A stretch of DNA of 64,000 nt from an uncultured Bacteroidota bacterium (GTDB lineage Bacteria; Bacteroidota; Ignavibacteria; UBA10030; UBA6906), in assembly GCA_963700635.1 (NCBI GenBank), contig CAVOYH010000004.1, positions 864,001 through 928,000 of the forward strand. The letters run 5' to 3'. The notes beneath the pieces were generated by a model. It was not told where the DNA came from, did not search any database, and worked only from the letters and a program-made list of their open reading frames with translations. Positions 11,728-21,105 of this stretch are shown here, piece after piece. The position numbers and the translations under genes were made by a program. Every line of letters begins with the position of its first letter. Position 1 is the stretch's first letter.

Positions 11728-13071
11728 TCAGTACAGAATACGGAGCGAGGCTCCTGTGAAATAGTGGAGTACGATTTGTTTTGCGGTCTTTCCCTGCGTG
11801 GCCATCACGGCCGCTCCGATCTGACAGAGGCCGACGCCGTGTCCCCATCCAGCCCCCTGAAGCGTAAACTCCCGGGGCACGCCGTTTTCGTCAGGGGTTG
11901 TCCGGACCAAAAAGGCAGAACTGTAAAGATGACTGGGAGATAACCATCGGCGGATTTCAAGTTCTTTGCCGACGGTGATTGTTCTCTTTTCGCCTACAAT
12001 CTGCAGGGCTGTGATGCGGCCGGATGGGCCTCTACGCAGCGGGATCAGGTCAAGCATCCGGCCGAAGTCGATTCCGGATTTGCGCTGAAGCAACGCCGCG
12101 AGTGTTTCGTTGCTGTACACCACGGTCCACCGGAAAAAATCAGTGGTTTCCTGGTCGAACGACGGAAGGACCTGGCGGAGTATGCCGGCGTCCGTGGTGT
12201 TACAGTATGCGTCAGGCGGAGCGGAGAGCCATCCGGCCATATCGTGTTCATTCGTAATTGCCGGCACCTCAGCAGGCGCGTCGCTCACACTCCGGAGATA
12301 TGGCACATCCCTGTCTTCCCATGCGCTGGAGAACTCCTCTGTGCGGCCTCCGCAGGCCTTGTAGTAGCGCGCATCACAGATCTCATCTTCATACACAAGG
12401 AACTGCCCCCGCGTAGAATGGACCGCTTCTTCCGCTGCTTTCGAGATGATCTTTGAGACGCCCTGGTACCGCTGGCAGTGGTCATCGGCGCAGACATCAA
12501 AATCCGTATGGTCTTCCCGTGTATACCATGTAACGATTTCCTGCGTATCGGCCTTGATCGCCGGACTGGGGGCCACAGGCTGTTCCGGTTGCCGGGAGCG
12601 TTCCAGCATTGCGACGAGCCAGCTCCGTGAAGTTATGGCATGCGCGCGTAACAACTCCGCCGGGGCAGTGGCGCTCATTTCGGAGGAAATGACACTTTTG
12701 AGATACTCTTCCAGCGGAACGACATTGATGGCGGTTATCCCTTTCCCCGGGATGAAGAGAAGGTTTAGCGAACCGTTGAAAGTTTGAGGCTCTTTACGTT
12801 CCCAGTGGAAGCTGACCCCTATCGTGACGTCATCCAGCCGGACCAGCGCATCCGGCGCCGCGGGTGTGAACAACAAAGCGGATGTGCCATAGTGCCGCGG
12901 CCTGCCGTCAATGTCGATCGTCCACTGCCGCCCATCGTGCAGGCAGCGGAACGTGCCGGAGACCGTTGCACCTCCCGGGTCCGTAAAAGGACCCTGAAAC
13001 TGTCCGGTAACACGAGGATACGCTTCAACGATGCCCACATGAAGGAGTGGTTCCTTTGAGATCATTCTCAC
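11728..13071 (-). CDS. SpoIID/LytB domain protein (lytic transglycosylase-like)
   Basis: EEYLKSVISSEM, AHAITSRS, DVCADDHCQRYQG, GWGHGVGLCQIGA. Confidence 0.92.
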   Translation of the reverse strand: MRMISKEPLLHVGIVEAYPRVTGQFQGPFTDPGGATVSGTFRCLHDGRQWTIDIDGRPRHYGTSALLFTPAAPDALVRLDDVTIGVSFHWERKEPQTFNGSLNLLFIPGKGITAINVVPLEEYLKSVISSEMSATAPAELLRAHAITSRSWLVAMLERSRQPEQPVAPSPAIKADTQEIVTWYTREDHTDFDVCADDHCQRYQGVSKIISKAAEEAVHSTRGQFLVYEDEICDARYYKACGGRTEEFSSAWEDRDVPYLRSVSDAPAEVPAITNEHDMAGWLSAPPDAYCNTTDAGILRQVLPSFDQETTDFFRWTVVYSNETLAALLQRKSGIDFGRMLDLIPLRRGPSGRITALQIVGEKRTITVGKELEIRRWLSPSHLYSSAFLVRTTPDENGVPREFTLQGAGWGHGVGLCQIGAAVMATQGKTAKQIVLHYFTGASLRILY

Positions 13072-15197
13072 TCTTCCTTATCGCTTGCCGAAAGATGCTT
13101 CTCCCGTGATGTGCAAGGCGGAGTGTCTTCGGTCAGGATGCCGGTGACGGACACTGCGTTTCCCTCCTCCACGTGCACCCTGCTGGATGTCCGCACAGGC
13201 ATTTCTGCGCCCCCCTTTGTCAGCATGCGGAATCGGAATTCGGTGACCTGTCCCGTGAGGGTTTGCTCCAGGTTATGTGCCAGGGCGTGACGGTCGTCAG
13301 GGTGAACAAAATATGTGAAGTGTTCCCCCACCATTTCCGGAGGGGTGTACGACGTGAGGGTCTCGATCCGCTGGCTGACGTAGGTGAAATGTCCCCTGCA
13401 ATCAAGTGAGAATACCACGTCGTGCAGATTTTCTACAAGCAAGCGGTACCGTTCTTCGGAAGCCTTCAGTGCGTCTTCCGCTTTTCTCCGGTCCGTAACA
13501 TCCTGGACAAGTCCGTCATACGATAACAGGGTGCCGTCCGGAGTGTAGTGCAGCACGGGTGTGTTCTTTACCCACCGCACATTTCCATCCTTGCGGACGA
13601 TACGATGTTCGATAGGCGGTGCGGGTTCACCGGCCAGAACACGTTTTACGTGGTCCATGACCCGCGGACGATCCCGGTCGTCCACCATCTTGAGCCAGAG
13701 ATGGGGATCATGAATATAATCGCCCTGGGCATATCCGGTTACGGCCGCACAGCCAGGACCATGGATCGTTTCGCTCCAGTGGCCATTCTGCAGCCGGACG
13801 GAGTAGATATAGTCGGTAACCTCGCTGGTAATTTTCCGATACCGCTCTTCGCTCCGCTGTAGTTCTGCATTCGAACGGTCCCGCGCCAGCACACCTCCAA
13901 GGACTTCGCCGAGAAGTCGGAGGAGGCGGAGATCCTCACCGAGCCAGAACCGTTCCTGACTTTCCACGACGATGCCAAAGACACCGAACAGCCTGTGGAC
14001 AGCGGCAAGGGGAATAAGCAGCAGTGAGCGCGCCCCGTCTTCCCGCCAGAACAGCGCATCCTCGGAGGCCTCCGGAGGAAAATCAAGAACACTATGCAGG
14101 CAGATCTGATCGCCGTCGTTGAGTCGGCTCAGGGTCCATTCCCATCGCGAGAGGTGCGTGCCCCGGTGTGTTGCCCCGCGGACGGCGATCCCCGGAGCCG
14201 CCCATTCATGCGTAAATTCGACTGACGTGCGCGACGAATCAAACAAATCCACAAAACAACGGTCGGCCTGAATAAAAGTGCCCACTGCATCGAGTGTGTG
14301 CTGGAGCTCGCGGGTGAGCTTTCCCTCTTCGGCGTTGATCAATCGCGCTGCGGAAGCGGCGATGATGTTTTCAAGTGCGATACGGCGGATCAGAGCTTCC
14401 TCTACCCGTTGCTGATCCGTGATGTCCTCTACGATTGCCACGGCCCCGATGGTATTATGAGCACCATCATGAAGCGGAGCCGTCCGGATTGTGACCGATA
14501 CGTCACCTTTGTCGGGTTGCCTTCGTAATCGTCCCACATAACGGGCCGATTCTCCTCTCAGGGCAGAGAGCAGAACGCCATGGACTGTGTGGTCAAATAC
14601 CCTGCTGATCGGCATCTCAAGCAGGGCCTCCGTGGATGTGCCGAGGATCGATGCAAAGCGCTCGTTCACCTCTGTGATGACCATGTCTGTTCCGAAGTGC
14701 ACAATCCCGACGGGCGATCGTTGGAACAGGAGCCGGTATCGCTCCTCACTGATCCGCATCGCCCTGTCCAGCCGATGTTTGAACAACGCCATCTCGACAA
14801 CCGTTCGCACCTCGCGGATGTCATAGGGCTTGAGGATGTACCCTGCCGGCTCAGCGTCCTTGGCGCGCTGGAGTGTTGCCGGGTCGGAATAGGCAGTGGC
14901 GAAGATTATGGGAACATCAAGGCGTGATCGAATCTGGCGCCCCAGAGCTATGCCGTCTGTGTCGCCACCAAGTCCGATGTCCATCAGCACAAGATCCGGC
15001 CGGTAGTGCTCGGCATCGCGCAGCCCTTCTTCTGCCGTTCCAGCCGGTCTGGGAACAAAATACCCCGCCGCGGCGAGCCCTGCCTGAAGATCCCGGGCAA
15101 CAATTTGCTCATCTTCCACTATGAGGACGCAGGCGGTTCCCTGCCGGCGCGCGGGAGAAGGAGTCGATCTGTCGTTTCGATTTTTCTCGGGGGTCAT
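13068..15197 (-). CDS. Response regulator REC-PAS-GAF-PAS-PAS, no output domain
   Basis: LIVEDE, PDLVLMDI, ATAY, ILKP receiver motifs; three SEERYR-linked PAS/PAC domains; a GAF domain (ADRCFV, HEWAAPG, GARSLLLIPL). Confidence 0.85.
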   Translation of the reverse strand: MTPEKNRNDRSTPSPARRQGTACVLIVEDEQIVARDLQAGLAAAGYFVPRPAGTAEEGLRDAEHYRPDLVLMDIGLGGDTDGIALGRQIRSRLDVPIIFATAYSDPATLQRAKDAEPAGYILKPYDIREVRTVVEMALFKHRLDRAMRISEERYRLLFQRSPVGIVHFGTDMVITEVNERFASILGTSTEALLEMPISRVFDHTVHGVLLSALRGESARYVGRLRRQPDKGDVSVTIRTAPLHDGAHNTIGAVAIVEDITDQQRVEEALIRRIALENIIAASAARLINAEEGKLTRELQHTLDAVGTFIQADRCFVDLFDSSRTSVEFTHEWAAPGIAVRGATHRGTHLSRWEWTLSRLNDGDQICLHSVLDFPPEASEDALFWREDGARSLLLIPLAAVHRLFGVFGIVVESQERFWLGEDLRLLRLLGEVLGGVLARDRSNAELQRSEERYRKITSEVTDYIYSVRLQNGHWSETIHGPGCAAVTGYAQGDYIHDPHLWLKMVDDRDRPRVMDHVKRVLAGEPAPPIEHRIVRKDGNVRWVKNTPVLHYTPDGTLLSYDGLVQDVTDRRKAEDALKASEERYRLLVENLHDVVFSLDCRGHFTYVSQRIETLTSYTPPEMVGEHFTYFVHPDDRHALAHNLEQTLTGQVTEFRFRMLTKGGAEMPVRTSSRVHVEEGNAVSVTGILTEDTPPCTSREKHLSASDKEE

Positions 15198-15473
15198 GAG
15201 GTGTTTATCAGTTTGGCCTGCTGGCACATCCATACAACATACGACGGAGACATCAAAGGCGCAACCGGATCCTGGCACCGGGCGGTGGGCATCCTTGAGT
15301 TGAGCCCCCACAGATGGTCGAAGTTAGCCATATGCGCACACATGGTAACTGAGTCTCTCCCATCCCTCACCCAAACAGACATTCCAGCCAGAATCGGGCT
15401 GGTATCACATTTGCTATACAATCGGTAGGCCAGAGTGGCCACAATAGGCACACGTTTAACCTGGGAATTCTCC

Positions 15474-15683
15474 ATGGGGACCTGGAATGGTATCGCGGAT
15501 TGCCCGAAGTGCGGAGCAAAAGGAACTATGATGGTACACGGCGAGACCAGCACGCTCATAATAGATGGTTGCTGGGTATGTGGTTATGGACAAGAGTTAA
15601 ACGATCGGTTTAGCGATTTTGTTCCCATCCGACATCTCCGAGTCGAACGAAAACGCCCCTCTTCACCGTTGGCAGGGGGGTAA
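15474..15683 (+). CDS. Small zinc-ribbon-like protein (69 aa)
   Basis: CPKCG...CWVCGY pair; lies in an otherwise empty intergenic region and is followed by a plus-strand stem and T7. Confidence 0.6.
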   Translation: MGTWNGIADCPKCGAKGTMMVHGETSTLIIDGCWVCGYGQELNDRFSDFVPIRHLRVERKRPSSPLAGG

Positions 15684-15703
15684 TCTACAACCAAGGATAT
15701 CCC

Positions 15704-15777
15704 GCCGGTGCCGATCTGTTACTATACAACTCCATCTCTCTCCCGAGAACGACAAAAGATTGGCATCGGCTTTTTTT
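15704..15777 (+). terminator. Stem with long loop and T7 tract
   Basis: GCCGGTGCCGATCT pairs fully (two G-U) with AGATTGGCATCGGC on the plus strand; 39-nt loop; then TTTTTTT. Confidence 0.5.
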
Positions 15778-15782
15778 ACTGC

Positions 15783-17285
15783 TCATTCTCCTTGTACGTT
15801 CCCTCCCACTGAAGAAGATTTTTCCGTGCTCCGGGAGAATGGGAGCACGACAGTACAAATCACTCCACCCTCTTTCCTGTTGGCAAGCGTGATGGTTCCT
15901 CCGTGTTTTCTTACTATTTCATTGGAAATGGCCAGGCCCAGCCCCAATCCGAACGCACCGCTTGCGGTTTTCGTGGTAAAATTTGGTTCAAATACCCTCG
16001 GTAGCACGTCTTTTGCAATACCCGAACCGGTATCCGCAAAGTGCACCGCCACACACTGATCCGCTTTCCGTTCTGCTCTGATCTCCAGCTCTCCTTTGTC
16101 CTGCATTGCATCACAGGCGTTAAGAATCACATTCGTCCAAACCTGGTTGATCTCGCCCGGACGGCAGAACACAGGCGGAATGTCCTGGAGCGCGAGGTGT
16201 ACGGTGATGTTCTTCAGGCGGTTGCCGAGCATCAGGAGTGTGTCCTGGATCCCCTTGCGCACGTCCGTTTGTTCGATTTCATCCATACTTTGCCGGCTGT
16301 ATCCCTTCAGGCTGGCCACGATGTTCCCGATCCGTGAGCCTGCGATTTCGATGTTATGAAGAAACATGCCGATCTCGAACCACTCGAGGAGCTCCTGGAG
16401 GCGTTGTTCGCCGGACGGCGTCGGATCTGCGAGTATTACTTCAAGGGCGGGGAGATGTTCTGCCGGGAGCTGCGCGAGGGTACGGGCGAGACTCCTGCGC
16501 ACGTGCGGATAACGTCGGGTCAGCTCTGCCATACGGTGTTCGTGATCTGCCGTGTCGGGTGGGTTTCTGCTCCGACCGAGGAGGAGCATGGTACGCTCGA
16601 GCTCCGTGCCGGGTGTGCCGGAGCCGACGATAGCAGGCAGCAGCGTCGAAACTGTTTCCGCCCCGCGGAGAAGCGCGGAGGCAGGATTGTTCAGCTCATG
16701 TGCGATGCCGGCTACAAGTTGGCCGAGAATGGCCATCTTTTCCTGATGAATCAGGCGGTTCCGCGTACTGTGCAGTTCATCAAGCGCATGCTGGAGCTGG
16801 TTACGTTCGAGTTCCAGCTCCCGTGTAAGCGCTGCGACCTCGATGTGAAGATGCAGGATACGGCGATACCGTTCCGCGAGGGTATGAATAATCAGGGTTT
16901 CCAGAAGCTTAAAGAGCTGTGGATGACCGTGCGCCAGGCCGTCAAATTCAGGCTTCCTGAGGCGGAACACGCGAACGTCTGTCTTCGCGCGAGCGGTGGC
17001 GAACACAGCTCCCCCGCCATAAAACGAAAGCAGACCCACGATGTCTCCTGCTTCGAAGGTGCCGATGGCCACATCCGAACCCGTGCCGTATCCTTTGAGG
17101 AGGAGAACCCGTCCTTCGAGGATGAATGAGAGGGCATCATTCGGCTCGCCCTCCCGTATGATCAGATCGCCGTAACGATATGCATGCACGGATCCAACAG
17201 AGATGCCAGCGGCAATCGCGCTGCGGAGGGCGCTGATGGCGGGGTGTGCTGATCCATGTGCCGCATCGTGTGGTGGGGATGTCAT
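15783..17285 (-). CDS. Cytoplasmic sensor histidine kinase with cyclic-nucleotide-binding domain
   Basis: cNMP domain (IIREGE, ILEGRV, GDIVG, ATARA); H-box AHELNNP; NACDAM, DTGSG, FEPNFTTK, GLGLGL. Confidence 0.9.
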   Translation of the reverse strand: MTSPPHDAAHGSAHPAISALRSAIAAGISVGSVHAYRYGDLIIREGEPNDALSFILEGRVLLLKGYGTGSDVAIGTFEAGDIVGLLSFYGGGAVFATARAKTDVRVFRLRKPEFDGLAHGHPQLFKLLETLIIHTLAERYRRILHLHIEVAALTRELELERNQLQHALDELHSTRNRLIHQEKMAILGQLVAGIAHELNNPASALLRGAETVSTLLPAIVGSGTPGTELERTMLLLGRSRNPPDTADHEHRMAELTRRYPHVRRSLARTLAQLPAEHLPALEVILADPTPSGEQRLQELLEWFEIGMFLHNIEIAGSRIGNIVASLKGYSRQSMDEIEQTDVRKGIQDTLLMLGNRLKNITVHLALQDIPPVFCRPGEINQVWTNVILNACDAMQDKGELEIRAERKADQCVAVHFADTGSGIAKDVLPRVFEPNFTTKTASGAFGLGLGLAISNEIVRKHGGTITLANRKEGGVICTVVLPFSRSTEKSSSVGGNVQGE

Positions 17286-17737
17286 GCGGATGCCAGAAAC
17301 GTCTCGTATGATTCAGATTCGGGAACGTGCTGCCGGATAAATTCGGCAAGGAGTCTGCTCACGACATCTGTCAGCTCCTCCTGTGTCCAGGGTTTGCCAA
17401 TATAGTAATCAAGTTTTGCGTAGTTGACAGCCCTGACCATTGCTTCCAGGCTGGCATGTCCGGTGAGGAGCACTTTCTTACACGCGGCCGTGTAGGGGTT
17501 GCGGTACAGTTCCACGAGGAACTCAACGCCCGTATCTCCGGGCATGACGTGGTCGCAGAGTGCTACCCCGAGCAGGTCGTTCCCCTGTTCTATGCGGTTG
17601 ATACACTCCCTGGCCTCGGCGACGGAACGTGCTGTAAAAAGGGGAAACATATCTTCGAGCGGAGCCAGGTCCTTGACAACGGCATCCAGGACTTCGGGTT
17701 CATCTTCGACACAGAGGATACAGATACGTGATGGCAT
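17282..17737 (-). CDS. Single-domain response regulator
   Basis: CVEDEPEV, CDHVMPG, LLTG, KPW; ATGA overlap with the kinase gene. Confidence 0.88.
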   Translation of the reverse strand: MPSRICILCVEDEPEVLDAVVKDLAPLEDMFPLFTARSVAEARECINRIEQGNDLLGVALCDHVMPGDTGVEFLVELYRNPYTAACKKVLLTGHASLEAMVRAVNYAKLDYYIGKPWTQEELTDVVSRLLAEFIRQHVPESESYETFLASA

Positions 17738-17870
17738 AGTCGGCCAAAGTGTGGGAAAATGCGGAATATCGTCACCGGTACCAAGGTAGCGTTTTCCCCC
17801 CGAAACTTCCACTGGAACCACGGGCGGTTCATCAGGTGTTCACATAGTGTACGAATGGAGACTTTCCTTG

Positions 17871-18710
17871 ATGAATCTACACGCGTTTGCCGAACAGCTG
17901 AAAGAACGGCGCGACACACACACGCTCGGCCCCCAGCTGAAAGAAAGCACGGAAAACTTTGTTGAAAACCTCCTTGCCCTGTTGTTCCCTCAATTTTGCA
18001 GGGAAAGTTTTACCGGGGTGGAGGAAATTGTGGCACGCCTCACGCTCATGCAGCGTGATCTCGCAACACTGATTGAGCCATTCCTTGCAGACGACGCCGC
18101 AGAGGCAAAAAAGGCAGCACGGGCGTTTGTTGAGGCGCTCCCCGTGATTCATGACCAGCTCTGGCTGGACGCGGAAGCTATCCTTGACGGCGATCCCGCC
18201 GCCGAGAGTCTGGATGAAGTTGTGCTTGCGTATCCTGGTTTCACCGCAATCGCTATGTACCGGTTCTCCCACCAGCTGTATACGCTGGGTGTTCCGGTGT
18301 TTCCACGCCTCCTGACGGAATATGCACACCGGATAACCGGCATCGACATCCATCCGGGGGCGAACATAGGCACACCGTTCGCCATTGACCATGGGACCGG
18401 GATTGTGATTGGTGAATCTACCATTATCGGGAGCCACGTGAAGCTCTATCAGGGGGTGACGCTGGGGGCGCTAAGCGTTGACAAGAAGATGGCCAACTCG
18501 AAGAGACATCCGACAATCGAAGACCACGCGGTAATCTACGCGCAGGCGGTGATCCTCGGGGGAACGACGCGGGTCGGGCACCACAGCATTATCGGCGGCA
18601 ATGTATGGCTTACCGAGAGTGTTCCCCCGTATTCCTTTGTGCATGTGGAACACAACACCATGGTGCGTTCGCAGGATGACAAAAATGTCAATGTCAATTT
18701 TGTAATCTAA
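17871..18710 (+). CDS. cysE: Serine O-acetyltransferase (CysE/EpsC type)
   Basis: GDPAA, YPG, TGIDIHPGA, IDHGTGIVIGE, YQGVTLGA, KRHPTIED. Confidence 0.93.
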   Translation: MNLHAFAEQLKERRDTHTLGPQLKESTENFVENLLALLFPQFCRESFTGVEEIVARLTLMQRDLATLIEPFLADDAAEAKKAARAFVEALPVIHDQLWLDAEAILDGDPAAESLDEVVLAYPGFTAIAMYRFSHQLYTLGVPVFPRLLTEYAHRITGIDIHPGANIGTPFAIDHGTGIVIGESTIIGSHVKLYQGVTLGALSVDKKMANSKRHPTIEDHAVIYAQAVILGGTTRVGHHSIIGGNVWLTESVPPYSFVHVEHNTMVRSQDDKNVNVNFVI

Positions 18711-18783
18711 TCGGATGGTCCCCGCTGTTCCCGGGGGGCCGGGAGCGATTCTGCCTCCGGCTCCCGGTGAGCGGCATGCGGCG

Positions 18784-19446
18784 TTATAAGGTGAGTGTGA
18801 TTCCGGCCATCAAGATTCCCTGAAACTTGGGCTGGTTGACGGCGTCATCGGCCTTCTTAAAATCGTATCCCTGACGAGGGTTCACAGATTCGCCGTCGGG
18901 ACTGTATGACGTGTCGTGGGCGTTCAGCGCGCCGTCGGGATAGTGGTCAAATCCGGCCGTGAGTGTGAACCCGACGTGCTTCCCCATGGGGAAGATCGCT
19001 TTCATACCGGCACCCCACCCCCACTGATTGCTTGTTACGTCAAAATCCTCATTCCCGCCGATGTACTTAAAATTGCCGGTAAACAGTGACCTTCGTACCC
19101 CGACGTAAGCATGCGCATTGTTCATCCCGAGTATCTTGAGCTGGTAAAGAAAATCCAGTCGGAAGTCCCAGGCCCATCCGGATTCCTCCGGTGTGCCATT
19201 TGTCGCGTCATTGATAAACACTTTGCGCGCTTCCGCAGGCTTGCCGGGATCCATGCGTGTGTGTCCCACCCCGAATTCTATTCCCAGAGGGAATCCCTGG
19301 GCAAAATTCGAGAGGGTCGCACTGGTCCTAAATGCGAGCCCTCCTTTGTAGCCGGTGAGGGCCGAAGCAGAAAAATCGGTGGAATGTGATTCTATCGGCA
19401 GTAACACCAGAACTGTAATCGCCAGGGCCGCTAATCGTCTGCGCAT
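18784..19446 (-). CDS. Hypothetical small outer-membrane beta-barrel protein
   Basis: Signal peptide (MRRRLAALAITVLVLLP), alternating amphipathic strands (WDFRLDFLY, WGWGAGMKAIF) and terminal strand MAGITLTL. Confidence 0.65.
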   Translation of the reverse strand: MRRRLAALAITVLVLLPIESHSTDFSASALTGYKGGLAFRTSATLSNFAQGFPLGIEFGVGHTRMDPGKPAEARKVFINDATNGTPEESGWAWDFRLDFLYQLKILGMNNAHAYVGVRRSLFTGNFKYIGGNEDFDVTSNQWGWGAGMKAIFPMGKHVGFTLTAGFDHYPDGALNAHDTSYSPDGESVNPRQGYDFKKADDAVNQPKFQGILMAGITLTL

Positions 19447-19615
19447 CTCTCTTCCCTCCATGTCCGTCTGTGAACTGATATTCAAAGCTCCATGCCGAAA
19501 GCTACAGGTTAAACCTAAAGACTTTGTAACGCAAATGCAACGAATCAACGTTGGACTCGATTCATTGATGAGGCAGCGGGCGGAGAGGGGAATCCAGTGG
19601 AAGTGACCGGGATGG

Positions 19616-19667
19616 AAAACAAAAAGAAACACCGGAAGCGCATGTAATCGACATGCACTCCCGGTGT
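19616..19667 (-). terminator. Rho-independent terminator after the cytochrome gene
   Basis: 17-bp stem ACACCGGGAGTGCATGT / ACATGCGCTTCCGGTGT (G-U allowed) followed by TTCTTTTTGTTTT. Confidence 0.8.
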
Positions 19668-19686
19668 AAATTGTCGTAGGAGGCGT

Positions 19687-21105
19687 CTACTTTAGAAGCG
19701 CCATCTTCTGCGTCTGGGTGAATTCTGGCGTTACGAGCTTATACAGATACACGCCACTGGGAAGATCCCTTGCATCGAAGGTGATCTGATGCACGCCTGC
19801 CTCGTATTCCCGGTCAGAAACCATAGTGCGCACCTGCTCGCCAAGCACATTATAGACGGTGAGAGTGATGCGGGTTGCTTTTGGGAGCGCAAATTCGATC
19901 TTCGTGCTCGGGTTGAAAGGATTCGGGAAATTCTGTGCCAGCATGAATGACGCCGGGAGGATGTCGATGTTTTCATGGACATCCGTCACTTTTGTCGTGT
20001 CGATCCCGATCTTTGCCAGCTGCGATTTTGTCAGCGGCGTGCCAAAAAGCATATGAGATCCGTCGGCGAGTTGTTTGCCAATCGGCGACCAGTTCTTTGT
20101 CGAAACAACCGGATCAGAAGGATTTCCGTTGTACGTCAGATAGTCCATCCTGAACGAACGTGTGTAATCCGACGGCAACGGAATAATTCCATGGATCCAG
20201 GAAAGGGTGCTGTCCGCGGGATTCCACGTGACGAATTTCATTGCCCCCGTCGCATTGTATTGCGTGATCGCGGCATTCGTTCCACCCATGTTGTTATGGC
20301 ATGCAGGACATCCGCGCCCTGTGGAATCAATCGTGTGGGAGGTGAACGGTCCGAATGCTATCCAGGCAAGTCCGTTGTACGTCAGGCTCTGGAATGTGAC
20401 CGGATAGACTTTGTTGTCTTTGGCCCGGTTCCCGAGTATGACAAAATCGTGGAGCACCTGCCGGTGACGTTTCATTGTCTTTATCTGACTTTCGAGGTGA
20501 CAGCTGAAGCATGTCGTCACTGTGCGTGCGTGGCAGGCCGTGCAGTGAATTTTTCCTGCATGAGGGTCATAGGCGGCGTGACTGGGCAACGGAGCCGTTC
20601 CCCCAGTTGTCTTGTGGCAATCTTCACAGTCCACCGTGATGCCACCCGGTTCCAGCATCGAATTTAATGTTGCGGCTCCCCCGTGCACATCGTCCGAAGT
20701 GTGGCAGTCCCAGCACTTCATCCCGCGATCCCGGTGGACGTCACCATACCCGAGTGTTGCAAATTCAATCTTTTGACGGCTGTGGCAGCCAAGACACTGA
20801 TCCTGACTCAGGGAGTCTTTCGCGAAGATCCCTGTTCTGTGGCAATCGGTGCAGCCGGGCGTATAGGTGCCAGTATAGGCCTGACCGTCTGCATTGGTCG
20901 GACCATGGCATCCCTGGCACTGGAGGCTGTCAATTGGGACATTCGTGAGAGTCTGGAATCCACCGTTTGCCGTCCCGTACCAGTACAATTTTCCAGCGCG
21001 GGTCTTGTGAAGACTCGTGTTAAAATTTCCCTGGGCGAAGGCCATTCCTGCAGCGAGACTGAGCAGGCACACACCAGCGAAGAGACGCGTGATCTTCATA
21101 TTCAT
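19687..21105 (-). CDS. Octaheme c-type cytochrome with C-terminal T9SS type A sorting domain
   Basis: Signal peptide ending AFA-Q; eight CxxCH motifs (CQGCH, CTDCH, CLGCH, CWDCH, CEDCH, CTACH, CFSCH, CPACH); C-terminal LAQNFPNPFNPST...YNVLG...LPSGVYLYKL...KMALLK. Confidence 0.9.
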   Translation of the reverse strand: MNMKITRLFAGVCLLSLAAGMAFAQGNFNTSLHKTRAGKLYWYGTANGGFQTLTNVPIDSLQCQGCHGPTNADGQAYTGTYTPGCTDCHRTGIFAKDSLSQDQCLGCHSRQKIEFATLGYGDVHRDRGMKCWDCHTSDDVHGGAATLNSMLEPGGITVDCEDCHKTTGGTAPLPSHAAYDPHAGKIHCTACHARTVTTCFSCHLESQIKTMKRHRQVLHDFVILGNRAKDNKVYPVTFQSLTYNGLAWIAFGPFTSHTIDSTGRGCPACHNNMGGTNAAITQYNATGAMKFVTWNPADSTLSWIHGIIPLPSDYTRSFRMDYLTYNGNPSDPVVSTKNWSPIGKQLADGSHMLFGTPLTKSQLAKIGIDTTKVTDVHENIDILPASFMLAQNFPNPFNPSTKIEFALPKATRITLTVYNVLGEQVRTMVSDREYEAGVHQITFDARDLPSGVYLYKLVTPEFTQTQKMALLK

